Under the pieces are notes generated by a model. The model did not search any database and was not told the origin of the DNA. It saw only the letters and a program-made list of their open reading frames with translations. Positions 22,049 through 31,917 of a stretch of DNA of 64,000 nucleotides are shown here, one piece after another. The DNA is taken from contig OZ241456.1 in assembly GCA_965200875.1 (NCBI GenBank), positions 800,001 to 864,000 of the forward strand. The letters run 5' to 3'. Made by a program: the position numbers and the translations under genes. Each line of letters starts with the position of its first letter. Positions within the stretch are counted from its first letter, which is position 1. The stretch comes from Bdellovibrionales bacterium. GTDB lineage: Bacteria > Bdellovibrionota > Bdellovibrionia > Bdellovibrionales > UBA1609.

Positions 22049-22614
22049 AAAATCTTGTTTTCTTTCTGGAAGGATATTCTGAAAAAGTAATGCTGGAAGG
22101 TCTGTTATCGCGTTTGTTGCCTGAAAATGTTTCTCCTGTTTATTGTGTGTTTAAAGGGAAAAAAGACTTGGAAAAGAATCTTTTTAAAAAAATACAGGGA
22201 TGGCAAAAACCTGAAAGTGCTTTCATAGTTTTGCTCGACCAAGATCAGGAAAACTGTAAATCTCTTAAGAAAAGAATACTTGAAATATGCAAACAGTGTG
22301 AAAATTCAGTAACCCCTTTAAAGTATATTATTCGCGTAGCTTGCCGTGAACTGGAAAGCTGGTATTTTGGTGATTTAGAAGCTGTTGGAAAAGCATTTAA
22401 TAAGCCAAAATTGCCAGATCGATATAAGAATAAAAAACAATATAAAAATCCAGACAAAATTCAAAATCCTGCGAAAGAACTTGAGAAGATTACCAATAAA
22501 GAATATCAAAAAATTTCTGGTTCTAGAGCTATTGGTTCTTTACTTTCCTGGGAAAATAATAAATCACGTAGCTTTAAAGTGTTTATCGAAGGTATCAAGG
22601 ATCTGGTTCAATGA
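22045..22614 (+). CDS. DUF4276-like (TOPRIM-type) protein coupled to the ATPase
   Basis: VFFLEGYSE, LLDQD, RELESWYFGD, YQKISG, NKSRSF; ATGA overlap with upstream gene. Confidence 0.8.
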   Translation: MKNLVFFLEGYSEKVMLEGLLSRLLPENVSPVYCVFKGKKDLEKNLFKKIQGWQKPESAFIVLLDQDQENCKSLKKRILEICKQCENSVTPLKYIIRVACRELESWYFGDLEAVGKAFNKPKLPDRYKNKKQYKNPDKIQNPAKELEKITNKEYQKISGSRAIGSLLSWENNKSRSFKVFIEGIKDLVQ

Positions 22615-23191
22615 AAAATGATTCTCATTTTTCAGTTTAGGTGCTGGATTCCCGCCTGTGCGGGAATGACTTGTATGGAGGGAGAGCGAGCATGGATGTG
22701 AGCTTTTTCAGGCTTTAATGAGTATTTATGTGCCAAATTGGAAGGTACTGGATAAAGAGCTTAACTTTATGCAAAAAGAGCAACAACAAGCAGAGCTTTG
22801 TTAATGTATTGACCTGCTCTCAGTGTTGTTCTTTCCCACAAAAGATGTTTGTTGTTCTTTTCACTAAAATTTTAGTTCAGATATTTTTTAATCCATGAGA
22901 GAGTAGGGATTTATATCCTGCTTGATAATTTTTTAGGAATTTTATCTTCAAAACTACATGAAAATAGCTTGGTAGTGCAGAAAAAACATTAAAATATTTT
23001 TTAACTCACTGTGTTGTGTCAAAGTTGGGAAAATCCAAAATGTAGTATATCCTTTATTTATATTACTACCTTTATTTATATTACTAAGTGTCAATATTGA
23101 CGCGTTGTCTGATTGATCCTTTGGAAAAAAGAATCTAAGATTAGGTAAATTTTTAATGGTTTAAGTTATGAAGAAACTAATGGTGTAAATT

Positions 23192-23410
23192 ATGAAAAAG
23201 CTAACAAATCAAGATTTTTACAGTGGGCAGGTAAATGCTAATTTAGAGCTTAGATTGATAAATCACTTAAGGGCAAAGCATAATATGCGTCCCTTATCAA
23301 AGCTCCCAGTTGCTGAACAACCGCAACCCAGGTGGCAACCTGGAAAAAGATACACACTGCTTGAACAAATAAAGCGACACAAGCAAAAAAGTATTTTAGG
23401 AAGAATGTAA
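23192..23410 (+). CDS. small hypothetical protein
   Basis: 72 aa ATG ORF in an otherwise intergenic AT-rich region; no motif. Confidence 0.35.
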   Translation: MKKLTNQDFYSGQVNANLELRLINHLRAKHNMRPLSKLPVAEQPQPRWQPGKRYTLLEQIKRHKQKSILGRM

Positions 23411-23576
23411 TAATAAAAATTTAAGACATTCTCTTGTGCAGGGGGATGTCCAAATATTCGTTAGGGTTATAGAAGATATTTTATGGCCTTTTACCTTTTT
23501 CTCTGAAAGATATTACAGAGTATTCTCATTTTTTAGTCCTTGACTATACTCCCAATATATCCGATAAATTAGGAAT

Positions 23577-24749
23577 ATGATACATAGAATACAACAACTC
23601 AAAACCCGGCAAAGCTTATTTCTGTTCGGAGCCAGAGGAACAGGAAAATCCACTTTATTACAAATGACTTTTCCTTTGAAAGGCACTTTGTGGATAGATC
23701 TCTTGGATTATAAACAGGAAAATTCTTTATCCAAAAATCCTGATAGGCTTTCTTTTTTAATTGCTGGAGGGCAGTTTAAAAGGGTAATCATTGACGAAGT
23801 TCAAAAAATTCCTAAATTATTGGATATTGTTCATAAGGAGATGGAGGCCAATAAAGCCATCCAATTTATTATGACTGGTTCCAGCGCGCGAAAGTTAAAA
23901 AGAGGGCAAGCGAATTTATTAGCTGGCAGAGCGGTTGCTTATTATTTGTATCCGCTTTCTTGTTTTGAAACTGGTTCTGCACAGCTGAAACTCAAAACAT
24001 ATATGCATTGGGGTGGGCTTCCAAGGCTATGGAATCTTAATTCAAAATCGGAAAAAAAACTTTTCCTAGAAAGTTATGCTCATAATTATCTTAAAGAGGA
24101 AGTTCTTCAGGAGCAGGTTATAAGAAACATACAGCCGTTTAAAAGATTTTTGGAAGTTTCAGCTCAGATGAACGGACAGATTATAAATTATTCCAAGTGT
24201 GCGCGAGAAATTGGAGTAGATCACAAAACAATTCAAAATTATTTTTCTGTTTTAGAGGACACTTTGCTTGGTTTCTTTTTACCGGCTTACCATCGTTCTG
24301 TTAGAAAACAGCAAAGCAAAGCCCCTAAGTTTTTCCTTTTTGATTTAGGAGTGAAAAAAGCTCTTGAGGAAACTTTGGATATTCCTTTGCGACAAGGAAC
24401 TTATGGTTTTGGTCAGGCTTTTGAGCATTTTATTTTATCGGAATGTTGCAAGCTCAATCACTATTTCAGAAAATCTTATAAGTTTTCTTATCTCAAAACA
24501 AAAGATGGATTGGAGGTGGATTTGGTGATCCAAAGACCTAGAAAAAAAGACATTCTTGTAGAGATTAAATCAACACAGGAAATTAAAGCAGAAGACACAA
24601 AAACTATCAGTAAAATCGCAAAGGATTGGAAAACTCCTTGCTCAGCTGAAGTATGGTCTTTAGATCAGGAAGAACAGAAAATCAAAAAGGTTAAATGTCT
24701 TCCTTGGGACAAAGCTCTAAAAACTTATTTTCCAATCCGCAAGCCATAG
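23577..24749 (+). CDS. AAA_14 ATPase + DUF4143 protein
   Basis: GARGTGKS, IDEVQK, TGSS, LAGR, WGGLP, PKFFLFDLG, FEHFI, EVDLVI..VEIK. Confidence 0.9.
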   Translation: MIHRIQQLKTRQSLFLFGARGTGKSTLLQMTFPLKGTLWIDLLDYKQENSLSKNPDRLSFLIAGGQFKRVIIDEVQKIPKLLDIVHKEMEANKAIQFIMTGSSARKLKRGQANLLAGRAVAYYLYPLSCFETGSAQLKLKTYMHWGGLPRLWNLNSKSEKKLFLESYAHNYLKEEVLQEQVIRNIQPFKRFLEVSAQMNGQIINYSKCAREIGVDHKTIQNYFSVLEDTLLGFFLPAYHRSVRKQQSKAPKFFLFDLGVKKALEETLDIPLRQGTYGFGQAFEHFILSECCKLNHYFRKSYKFSYLKTKDGLEVDLVIQRPRKKDILVEIKSTQEIKAEDTKTISKIAKDWKTPCSAEVWSLDQEEQKIKKVKCLPWDKALKTYFPIRKP

Positions 24750-24948
24750 GAATTGTCTGGGTGAAAAATTATGCTTGGATTTTGATATTCAGTGCAGTTC
24801 TTATTCCCTGAACAAGAACAAGCAAGTTTCCCTCTTAAAATTATTAATTGTGTAAATTTTTCACTGTTTATTGATCCGTAAAAAAGGTTGTTATTTTTGG
24901 AGTGTTTGCTTAGTCAATCCTGAATAAGTCTGTTTAGTGAGAGTATGC

Positions 24949-25160
24949 TCTTACCAATACTTCACCGCTCGGTCTCAAACATGCGTTTTGCCACACACGC
25001 GTCTTTTTAGCCACGGTGTGCTCAAAGCCGAACTCGCCTCGCGGTGAGTATCGGTAAGATCTTTTTCACTGATACTTTTTGCAAGAAAACAAAGGTTGTA
25101 TTGTAAAACCTTGCAATTTTTCCCGAACCTTTTATAAAAAAAATCAAGTGATAACAACGC
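24949..25160. repeat. dispersed structured repeat (long-stem family); related copies ~33070-33137, ~54118-54220, ~56388-56662, ~62237-62303
   Basis: Inverted arms TCTTACCAATACTTCACCGC / GCGGTGAGTATCGGTAAGA. Shared blocks CTCAAACATG, CGTCTTT, GTGCTCAAAGCCGAACTCG and TTTTGCA(A/G)GAAAACAA. Confidence 0.75.
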
Positions 25161-25298
25161 TTTATTATTTATTCAGAACCGACTACTTAAAAAAAAATAT
25201 TTTTTATTAGATATTTCTCATAAAATATTTTACTATCGAGCAATCAATAACTTTCTATCAATCAATCAACAATTCAATAACAACGAAAGGTGGATTTT

Positions 25299-25874
25299 AT
25301 GAAAACGACACTTATTTTATTACTTTTAAGCTTAGGTGCTTCTAGTTATGGTCAAGAAGAAACTGTTGAAAATCAATGTAATATTAATAATTATGCAGAC
25401 TATATAAATAAACTAGGAATTCATAATTGCAAGTTGATCTTTGCGAAATTTGACAATGTGGATTTGAGTGGTGCAAATTTTTCTAGGGCAAATTTATACC
25501 GGGCGAGTTTTGATAATGTGAATTTGACCGATGCGAATTTGATTGAGGCATATTTGCAAGGAGTGATTTTTACTGATGCAAATTTAACTGGAGCAAATTT
25601 TCACCGAGCGAATTTGCGCCAAGCGGATATACGTGGTGCAGTTTTATATGGTGCAAATTTTTCTAGGGCTGATATGCGCGATATGGTTTTGAACTTGGTG
25701 AATTTTGCAGGAGTAAATTTAACCGAAGCGAATTTTGCTAGGGTGAATTTAACCGATGTGAATTTAACCGGAGCACTTTTGTATAAGGCGAATTTAACCG
25801 AGGCGCAAGTCACCAGAGAACAGGCAGAGTATTTGGAATCACAAGGCTTAAGTGGTTTTATTGTGGTAGACTAA
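25299..25874 (+). CDS. secreted pentapeptide-repeat protein
   Basis: Signal peptide, A(D/N)Lxx repeats, C-terminal YLESQGLSGFIVVD. Confidence 0.9.
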   Translation: MKTTLILLLLSLGASSYGQEETVENQCNINNYADYINKLGIHNCKLIFAKFDNVDLSGANFSRANLYRASFDNVNLTDANLIEAYLQGVIFTDANLTGANFHRANLRQADIRGAVLYGANFSRADMRDMVLNLVNFAGVNLTEANFARVNLTDVNLTGALLYKANLTEAQVTREQAEYLESQGLSGFIVVD

Positions 25875-26002
25875 GCCAGTCGGTCTTGAATAAACGATAA
25901 AGCATTATAATCACTCGATTTTTTTTATCGTTGCGTTGCATAGTGACTATTCTGGTGCTTTTTGGGAGAATAAAAAGAGTTTTCCCAAAAGGAAGGAATT
26001 TT

Positions 26003-26887
26003 ATGCAATTCGGAGGTCATCAGAGCTTTCATTTGAGAGATCAGTGGCTTTATAAAGGTACTTATTGGACAAACAAGTCTCCTCAGATACTTTTGAATAC
26101 GAATAATTATAAAATCGCAGAAAAAGCTATACAGAAGCTGGGTGTTGGTAAAAACATGGTGGATTCCATACGATACTGGCTTAAAGCAACAAAATTGATA
26201 GTCATTAACAAAAATGGCATCGAGCTTACGGGTACAGCAAAAACTATCTTGGCAAAAGATCCTTATTTTGAACAAGATGGTACACTTTTTTTAATTCATT
26301 ATCTGCTGGTCACAAATAAAGAGTTTGCAACAACATGGTACTGGTTTTTTAATCATTTTTCTGCTAGGGAATTTGACAAAGAAGCACTTAAGAATGCTTT
26401 TGCTGCTTATATTTCCATTAAAACAAATAAAAAAATTAAGTCTGCCACTTTAGAGAAGGACTTGAATTGCTTATTAAGAATGTATCAGGTTGTGGAATAC
26501 ACAGGAAGAAAAACCCCTGAAACAGAAACCCCTTCACCTTTTGCTAAGTATGGATGGATTAAAAAAAGGGGAGAAAGTTTTATACGAAATAAGTTAAATG
26601 TGAGTGACTTTAATATAAATGTGTTTGCTTATATGTTTTATGTGTTTTGGAAAAATGACTTAAGCCAGCCTGAAGCTGTAAAACTGGAAGATATAACATT
26701 TAAAGAAAACTCCCCAGGTCGTATCTTTCTTTTTTCAGAGGAAGAAATGAATGAGCTTGTGGAAAACTGCTCTAAAAAAACAAAATATCTCAACTATTCA
26801 CGAACGGGTGGATACCTTATTTTGCGACCTGATAAAGAACAGCTGAAAAAAGCTTTAACTAATTATTACAGAGATATGAGTCTTTGA
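26003..26887 (+). CDS. DUF4007 family protein (SspB-like)
   Basis: FGGHQSFHLRDQWLYKG, LGVGKNMVDSIRYWL, DPYFE, TTWYWFFN, SPF and SPGRIF; AAGGAAGG RBS before ATG 26003. Confidence 0.85.
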   Translation: MQFGGHQSFHLRDQWLYKGTYWTNKSPQILLNTNNYKIAEKAIQKLGVGKNMVDSIRYWLKATKLIVINKNGIELTGTAKTILAKDPYFEQDGTLFLIHYLLVTNKEFATTWYWFFNHFSAREFDKEALKNAFAAYISIKTNKKIKSATLEKDLNCLLRMYQVVEYTGRKTPETETPSPFAKYGWIKKRGESFIRNKLNVSDFNINVFAYMFYVFWKNDLSQPEAVKLEDITFKENSPGRIFLFSEEEMNELVENCSKKTKYLNYSRTGGYLILRPDKEQLKKALTNYYRDMSL

Positions 26888-27143
26888 TATATTTGTCAAT
26901 ATGGGTTATAGTTCAGTGTCCATTACCCACTGCCCCTTACTACAATCCTAATGTGACAATTTGAATTGACTTTCATACATATTACGATTTGGTCATTGAC
27001 TAGGCTTATTAAGTTTTCTCGCTACTGTGGTGATGACTCGGAGTAAAATCGTATAAAGATTTCACCAGTTACTTTTTACACTTGTTTTTTTTTATCTTAT
27101 TTGTGAGTATTATCAATCATTAACAGTAAATAAGGAGTAAATC

Positions 27144-27785
27144 ATGAAAATTATAATTGTTTTACTATTTTTAAGCATTGGTTTTTTGAGTTATGGAAAA
27201 GACACACATCTTTGTCATATTCATAATTATCAAAATTATATAAAAAAGCCTGGAAATCATAAGTGCGATTTGCGTCAAGCTGATTTGTCTGGGACGAATT
27301 TTCAGGGTGCGAATTTGGAAGGAGCATATTTTTACAAGGCGAATTTGAGTGGAGCAGATTTGACGAATGCGAATTTATACCGAGCGGATTTGATATTGGC
27401 TAATTTGAGTGGTGCGAATTTGACTGAGGCGGATTTGTATGTAGCAAATTTGACCGATGCGAATTTACAAGCTGTGAATTTGACCGATGCGAATTTGTTT
27501 CATGTGATTTTTCAAGGTGCGAATTTGACTGAGGCGAATTTGTACCGAGCGAGTTTGCGCGATGCGAATTTGTACGGGACGAATTTTCAAGGTGCGAATT
27601 TGGCGAATGCGGATTTAAGCCGTGCAGATTTGCAAGGTGCGAATTTGACTGATGCGAATTTGTACCGAGCGAGTTTGCGCGATGCGGATTTGTACGGGAC
27701 GAATTTTACCAATACGAAAGTTGATTCGGCCTTGGCGACTTATTTAACTTCACAAGGTATAAGTGGTTTTGTTGTTATAGAATAA
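27144..27785 (+). CDS. secreted pentapeptide-repeat protein
   Basis: Signal peptide, ANL/ADL repeats, C-terminal YLTSQGISGFVVIE; TAAGGAG RBS. Confidence 0.92.
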   Translation: MKIIIVLLFLSIGFLSYGKDTHLCHIHNYQNYIKKPGNHKCDLRQADLSGTNFQGANLEGAYFYKANLSGADLTNANLYRADLILANLSGANLTEADLYVANLTDANLQAVNLTDANLFHVIFQGANLTEANLYRASLRDANLYGTNFQGANLANADLSRADLQGANLTDANLYRASLRDADLYGTNFTNTKVDSALATYLTSQGISGFVVIE

Positions 27786-28042
27786 GTTATGATTATTAGT
27801 CCAAGAAAGCCAAACCACTACTCTGAATTTTATGCAAATCAACCCACGCCGGATTAAAGCCTAGGGAGAGGCTTTAAAACAGGAGTTTAAACGACTTTTT
27901 ATTTTGAAAATGAAGCACCGGGACTTGAATAAAAATAATATTTGTAAAACAATAATTCCAGAAAGTTTTTTTTATTCTTCAATTCGGTGTTAGTGTGTGT
28001 AGCCAGAGCCAATGCGTATGAATAAAAAAGATATGGAGTTTT

Positions 28043-31000
28043 ATGAAAAAACATACAGAGAAATGGATCCAATTATCTGAAAGTTACAATCGATCAACAA
28101 ATTTGGAGTTGGATTTTAAGGATGTCAGTCGGCTAAAGGATATTTATCTGTCTTCCAAGTTTCAAGAAGGATTGAAAGAGGTTTTTACCTCTATCTTGGA
28201 AACAAACTCAAAACACCGGGTGAGAGTATTAAGTGGTTCTCCAGGACTTGGAAAATCCACCTTTGCTTTACTAATTGCGCAAATACTTTCCAAAAAACAC
28301 CCGAAGTTTATTGGCCATTTAATGAACCAAGCCAATAAAAAATTGCAAATTGATTTTAATCAATTTCAAAAATCAAGAAAGACAAAATTGTTACCGGTTT
28401 TTATTAATGGATATGAAGGAGAAATTGAAGAAGTATTTAAACATAATTTAAAAAAAGCATTATCAGAAAATAGCCTGTCTCTTAAAGGGGTTTTCAAAGA
28501 CACTTTGAAATTTTACAAAGCCAGTTTAAACACTTTAAAAACAAAGGGTTATAGTGGCATATTTGTTATTTATGATGAGTTTGGGAAATATCTGGAAAAA
28601 GCTTTGCACAGTCCTACAGATTTAAACATTCAGTTTTTGCAAAACTTTGCGGAATTTTGCGATCGCTCAGGAGAAACACAATGTCACCTGATGCTTATTA
28701 CTCACCTGTCTGTTTCTCAATATGCTAGTCAGCTTCCTATTAATGTTCAGCAGGAATGGGCGAAAGTTGAAGGCCGATTTCAGGAATCTGCTTTTTACGA
28801 TAAAAGCGCGGATTATTACAAAATGATTTCTGCTGTTTTTGAAAAAAATATTTCAGAAACTCATCCTTCTATAGCTGAAAAATATAAAACTTACATTAAT
28901 AAATATCTGGTAAATTTTTCCAAAGACGCATTGGAAGGTTTTATAGATTTAAAGAACATAAAATCCATTATTCTTAATTGTTTCCCTTTGCATCCAAGTG
29001 TTCTGGCTCTTTTGCCTCATCTCTCCAAAAAAGTGGCTCAAAATGAAAGAACCCTTTACACTTTTTTAACTCGCGATGAAGATAACTCTCTTAAAAGGTT
29101 TTTACAGGAAAAAACACAAATCACACTTCTTATGCCATATCATTTGTATAAGTATTTTCAACCCCTTATCGGAAAAGATATTGGTATAGGAGGTACTTAT
29201 AAAATTCAACTTATGGTGGAAGAAGCTTTTAAATATGTTAGTAAAACTGATGAAGTTTCAAAACAAATTATCAGTCTTATGGCTCTTTGCTCTGTTATTA
29301 AAGACACTCACTTTGCACCTTTGACAGAAGCCTTTATTATATCTTGTTTCAACCAAGATTATTCAAGAACAAATATTAAAAAATCCTTAACTTATCTGAG
29401 AAAGAAAAAAGTAATTTTCTATAACAAAAACACAAAACAATATCTTTTACAGGAAGGTTCTCCTGTTGATATTGACGAGGAAATAGCCAAACTGAAAAAT
29501 ATCACTCTTACCGGGAAAAGTCTTGTGCAGGTTTTAAAAAGATATTTTAAAACAGACTTTATTACTCCTAAAAAATATAATTTTGAAAACGCCATAACTC
29601 GATTTTATAGAACAGAAATTATTTCTGTTGAAGAGTTAAAAAATTTAAGCAAAAAAAACAACATTGATTTTTACAGAGAAGATGGCAGATTATTTTATGT
29701 AATCCCCTTTAGTCATGATGAACTAGTTTACGCAAGAAGGGAAATTCAGAAAATTTCATCTCCATTAACTGTTTTTTTACTACCAAAACAATTTATAGAA
29801 TGCAGAAAAGATATTGAAGAGTTAAACGCTGTTGATTGTCTATATAACAATAAGGAGATTTTATCAGCCAGCTCGTTGGTAAAAAAAGAACTGGATCGTC
29901 ATAAAGAAATATTACTTTCTTCTATAGATTCGCTTTTAAAGCCACTTATTGGTTATATGGGTCTTTCAGCAGATGTTATATATCCGACTGAGCTTTCAGA
30001 GCAAAAGGAAATAACTCACTTTAAAGATCTGGAAAGGTTTTTGGGTACGTTTTTTACAAAAGAGTACAATAAATATGTGAGTTTTAACCTAGAATACATG
30101 AATCGTCACAGTGTTTCAGGAAGCATCACTTTGGGTCGAAAGAAATTTTTGGACACTTTAAGATTTTATAAAGAAAAACCGAAGGGGGATATAACTTGCT
30201 TGATTAAAGGCCACGGGCCAGATTATGTGATTTTAGATACCATGTTAAGACTTTCCAGTTTTAAATACCATTCTGTGAAAAATATTTATGAAGTTTCTTC
30301 AAAGTCAGAGTATTATAAATTTTTTAAGGAGTATAAAAAAATCCTCTCCCAACACCCTCAAGGCATTAGTGCCAGTATGTTGTTGGATATACTGGTATCT
30401 CCTCCGTATGGTTTGCGCTTAGGTGTGATTCCGGTATTTATTTCCTTGGCAGACTTATGTTTTAAACAACCCGTAAGCCATTATTTTGATTCCGCTTATG
30501 TTAAAGATCTGGATGGAGATCATTATGATCTTTTAATGAAGTATCCAAAAAAAACTACTATTCACTACACTCCGATAGATAATAAAAAACAAAAATTTTT
30601 GGATGGACTGGGAAAAATATTTAAAGCTGATGGTGTGTCTGTGCGATCTGTTATTTCTGCTTTAGTAAAATGGAGAAGAGGTATCCCTGAGTCCACAAAA
30701 TTTTCTTCCGGTTTGTCTCAAGAGGGGAGAAAATTGCTTATTCAGATTGACTCTTCTAAACAGCCGGATCATCTGCTTTTTACCGGGATTCCTTATTGTT
30801 TTGAAAAAACAAATGTTGGTAGAGTAAACCTTCAAGGTACAAAAGATATTTTATTAAAGTTGAAAATAACAAAAAAAGAAATTGACGCAATTTATAGAAA
30901 TTTGCTGTTGAAGATGGAAAAAGAGCTTTCTAGTTTTATCTCGTTTATAAATGAGCAATGTTTAAACCATTCCGCAAGTAAAACCTTGCAGAATAAAAGA

Positions 31001-31705
31001 AAGAATGTAACTTTAGAGGCTGTTTCTTCCGTAGGTAAAGATCGGCAGAATAAAAGCCTGAATCAAATCAGTATAATTAAAAATTTTCAGAATATTCTTT
31101 CACAGGTAAAGAATTATCCCTTTAGCTCCAATACCAATCGATTTGTTGGAAGAGCACTAAACTTTCCTTCTTTCGGGCATAAACAATATTTTTTGGAAAC
31201 CATTGCTGATGTGTTGACTGGTTCTTCCCCTCGTTATTGGAATGGACAGGGTTATTCCATGTTTGAGTTTGCCTTAAAACGAGTTAAAACAGAAATAGAA
31301 TTAGGCGCGGAAATAGCTAACCCTCAGTTTAAGGGGAAATCTGTGTTAGCTTTTATTGATAAGGGGCAAAATAAAAAAACAATCATAAAACTAGGTGCTC
31401 AATTTGAGTTGGAAAAACGACTTGGCCTCGCTCTGGAACAAATAAACAAAACATTGGATTCTTTGGATGAGATAGATAAAAGAAAAGTTGTTTTAGCCTT
31501 GTTGGAGAATATTGACAAAAAAACTGCTACAGACAAAACTCTTAATTTTAATAGTGTCCAGTCTTCCAATAATGTTCAGCAGAAATACGGCTCTCAGCAT
31601 ACCTCTGTTTCGCGCTCTACTCCAAAGACATATCCTGCTACTACACAGCGTTCCCTTAATACGGGTCATTCCCTCACAAGCGGGAATCCTATATGGAAAA
31701 AGTAA
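28043..31705 (+). CDS. large P-loop ATPase (SspC-like, DUF4007-associated)
   Basis: YNRSTNLELD, GSPGLGKS, YDEFGKYLE, FLQNFAE, EWAKVEGRF, FPLHP, AQNERTLYTFL, PPYGLRLGVIP. Confidence 0.75.
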   Translation: MKKHTEKWIQLSESYNRSTNLELDFKDVSRLKDIYLSSKFQEGLKEVFTSILETNSKHRVRVLSGSPGLGKSTFALLIAQILSKKHPKFIGHLMNQANKKLQIDFNQFQKSRKTKLLPVFINGYEGEIEEVFKHNLKKALSENSLSLKGVFKDTLKFYKASLNTLKTKGYSGIFVIYDEFGKYLEKALHSPTDLNIQFLQNFAEFCDRSGETQCHLMLITHLSVSQYASQLPINVQQEWAKVEGRFQESAFYDKSADYYKMISAVFEKNISETHPSIAEKYKTYINKYLVNFSKDALEGFIDLKNIKSIILNCFPLHPSVLALLPHLSKKVAQNERTLYTFLTRDEDNSLKRFLQEKTQITLLMPYHLYKYFQPLIGKDIGIGGTYKIQLMVEEAFKYVSKTDEVSKQIISLMALCSVIKDTHFAPLTEAFIISCFNQDYSRTNIKKSLTYLRKKKVIFYNKNTKQYLLQEGSPVDIDEEIAKLKNITLTGKSLVQVLKRYFKTDFITPKKYNFENAITRFYRTEIISVEELKNLSKKNNIDFYREDGRLFYVIPFSHDELVYARREIQKISSPLTVFLLPKQFIECRKDIEELNAVDCLYNNKEILSASSLVKKELDRHKEILLSSIDSLLKPLIGYMGLSADVIYPTELSEQKEITHFKDLERFLGTFFTKEYNKYVSFNLEYMNRHSVSGSITLGRKKFLDTLRFYKEKPKGDITCLIKGHGPDYVILDTMLRLSSFKYHSVKNIYEVSSKSEYYKFFKEYKKILSQHPQGISASMLLDILVSPPYGLRLGVIPVFISLADLCFKQPVSHYFDSAYVKDLDGDHYDLLMKYPKKTTIHYTPIDNKKQKFLDGLGKIFKADGVSVRSVISALVKWRRGIPESTKFSSGLSQEGRKLLIQIDSSKQPDHLLFTGIPYCFEKTNVGRVNLQGTKDILLKLKITKKEIDAIYRNLLLKMEKELSSFISFINEQCLNHSASKTLQNKRKNVTLEAVSSVGKDRQNKSLNQISIIKNFQNILSQVKNYPFSSNTNRFVGRALNFPSFGHKQYFLETIADVLTGSSPRYWNGQGYSMFEFALKRVKTEIELGAEIANPQFKGKSVLAFIDKGQNKKTIIKLGAQFELEKRLGLALEQINKTLDSLDEIDKRKVVLALLENIDKKTATDKTLNFNSVQSSNNVQQKYGSQHTSVSRSTPKTYPATTQRSLNTGHSLTSGNPIWKK

Positions 31706-31917
31706 TGTCAAGGATATACCTATTTGTTTTTTCTGATATTTATGACTTTCGTTAGTCAATAGTCGAGGTTTTAGAAGTTTTTTATCTCAACAATAGGATA
31801 AAAGCGGGTTTATTTTCATCTTTCAAATAAATCTCTTATTTTTCCAGAAAAAATCATTTACATTATAATAAGGACTTAGAGAAAGAGAAAAAGAAAAGAC
31901 ATGATATTGTAAGTAGA

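Larger units (their letters stand above)
20212..22692. repeat. three same-orientation copies of a palindromic repeat (~20212-20287, ~20761-20826, ~22636-22692)
   Basis: Core CTGGATTCCCGCCTG(C/T)GC(T/G)GGAATGAC with shared TTTAG(G/A)T 5' flank and TATG 3' flank. The first two also share TTGAAAGCCTTTTT. Confidence 0.88.
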
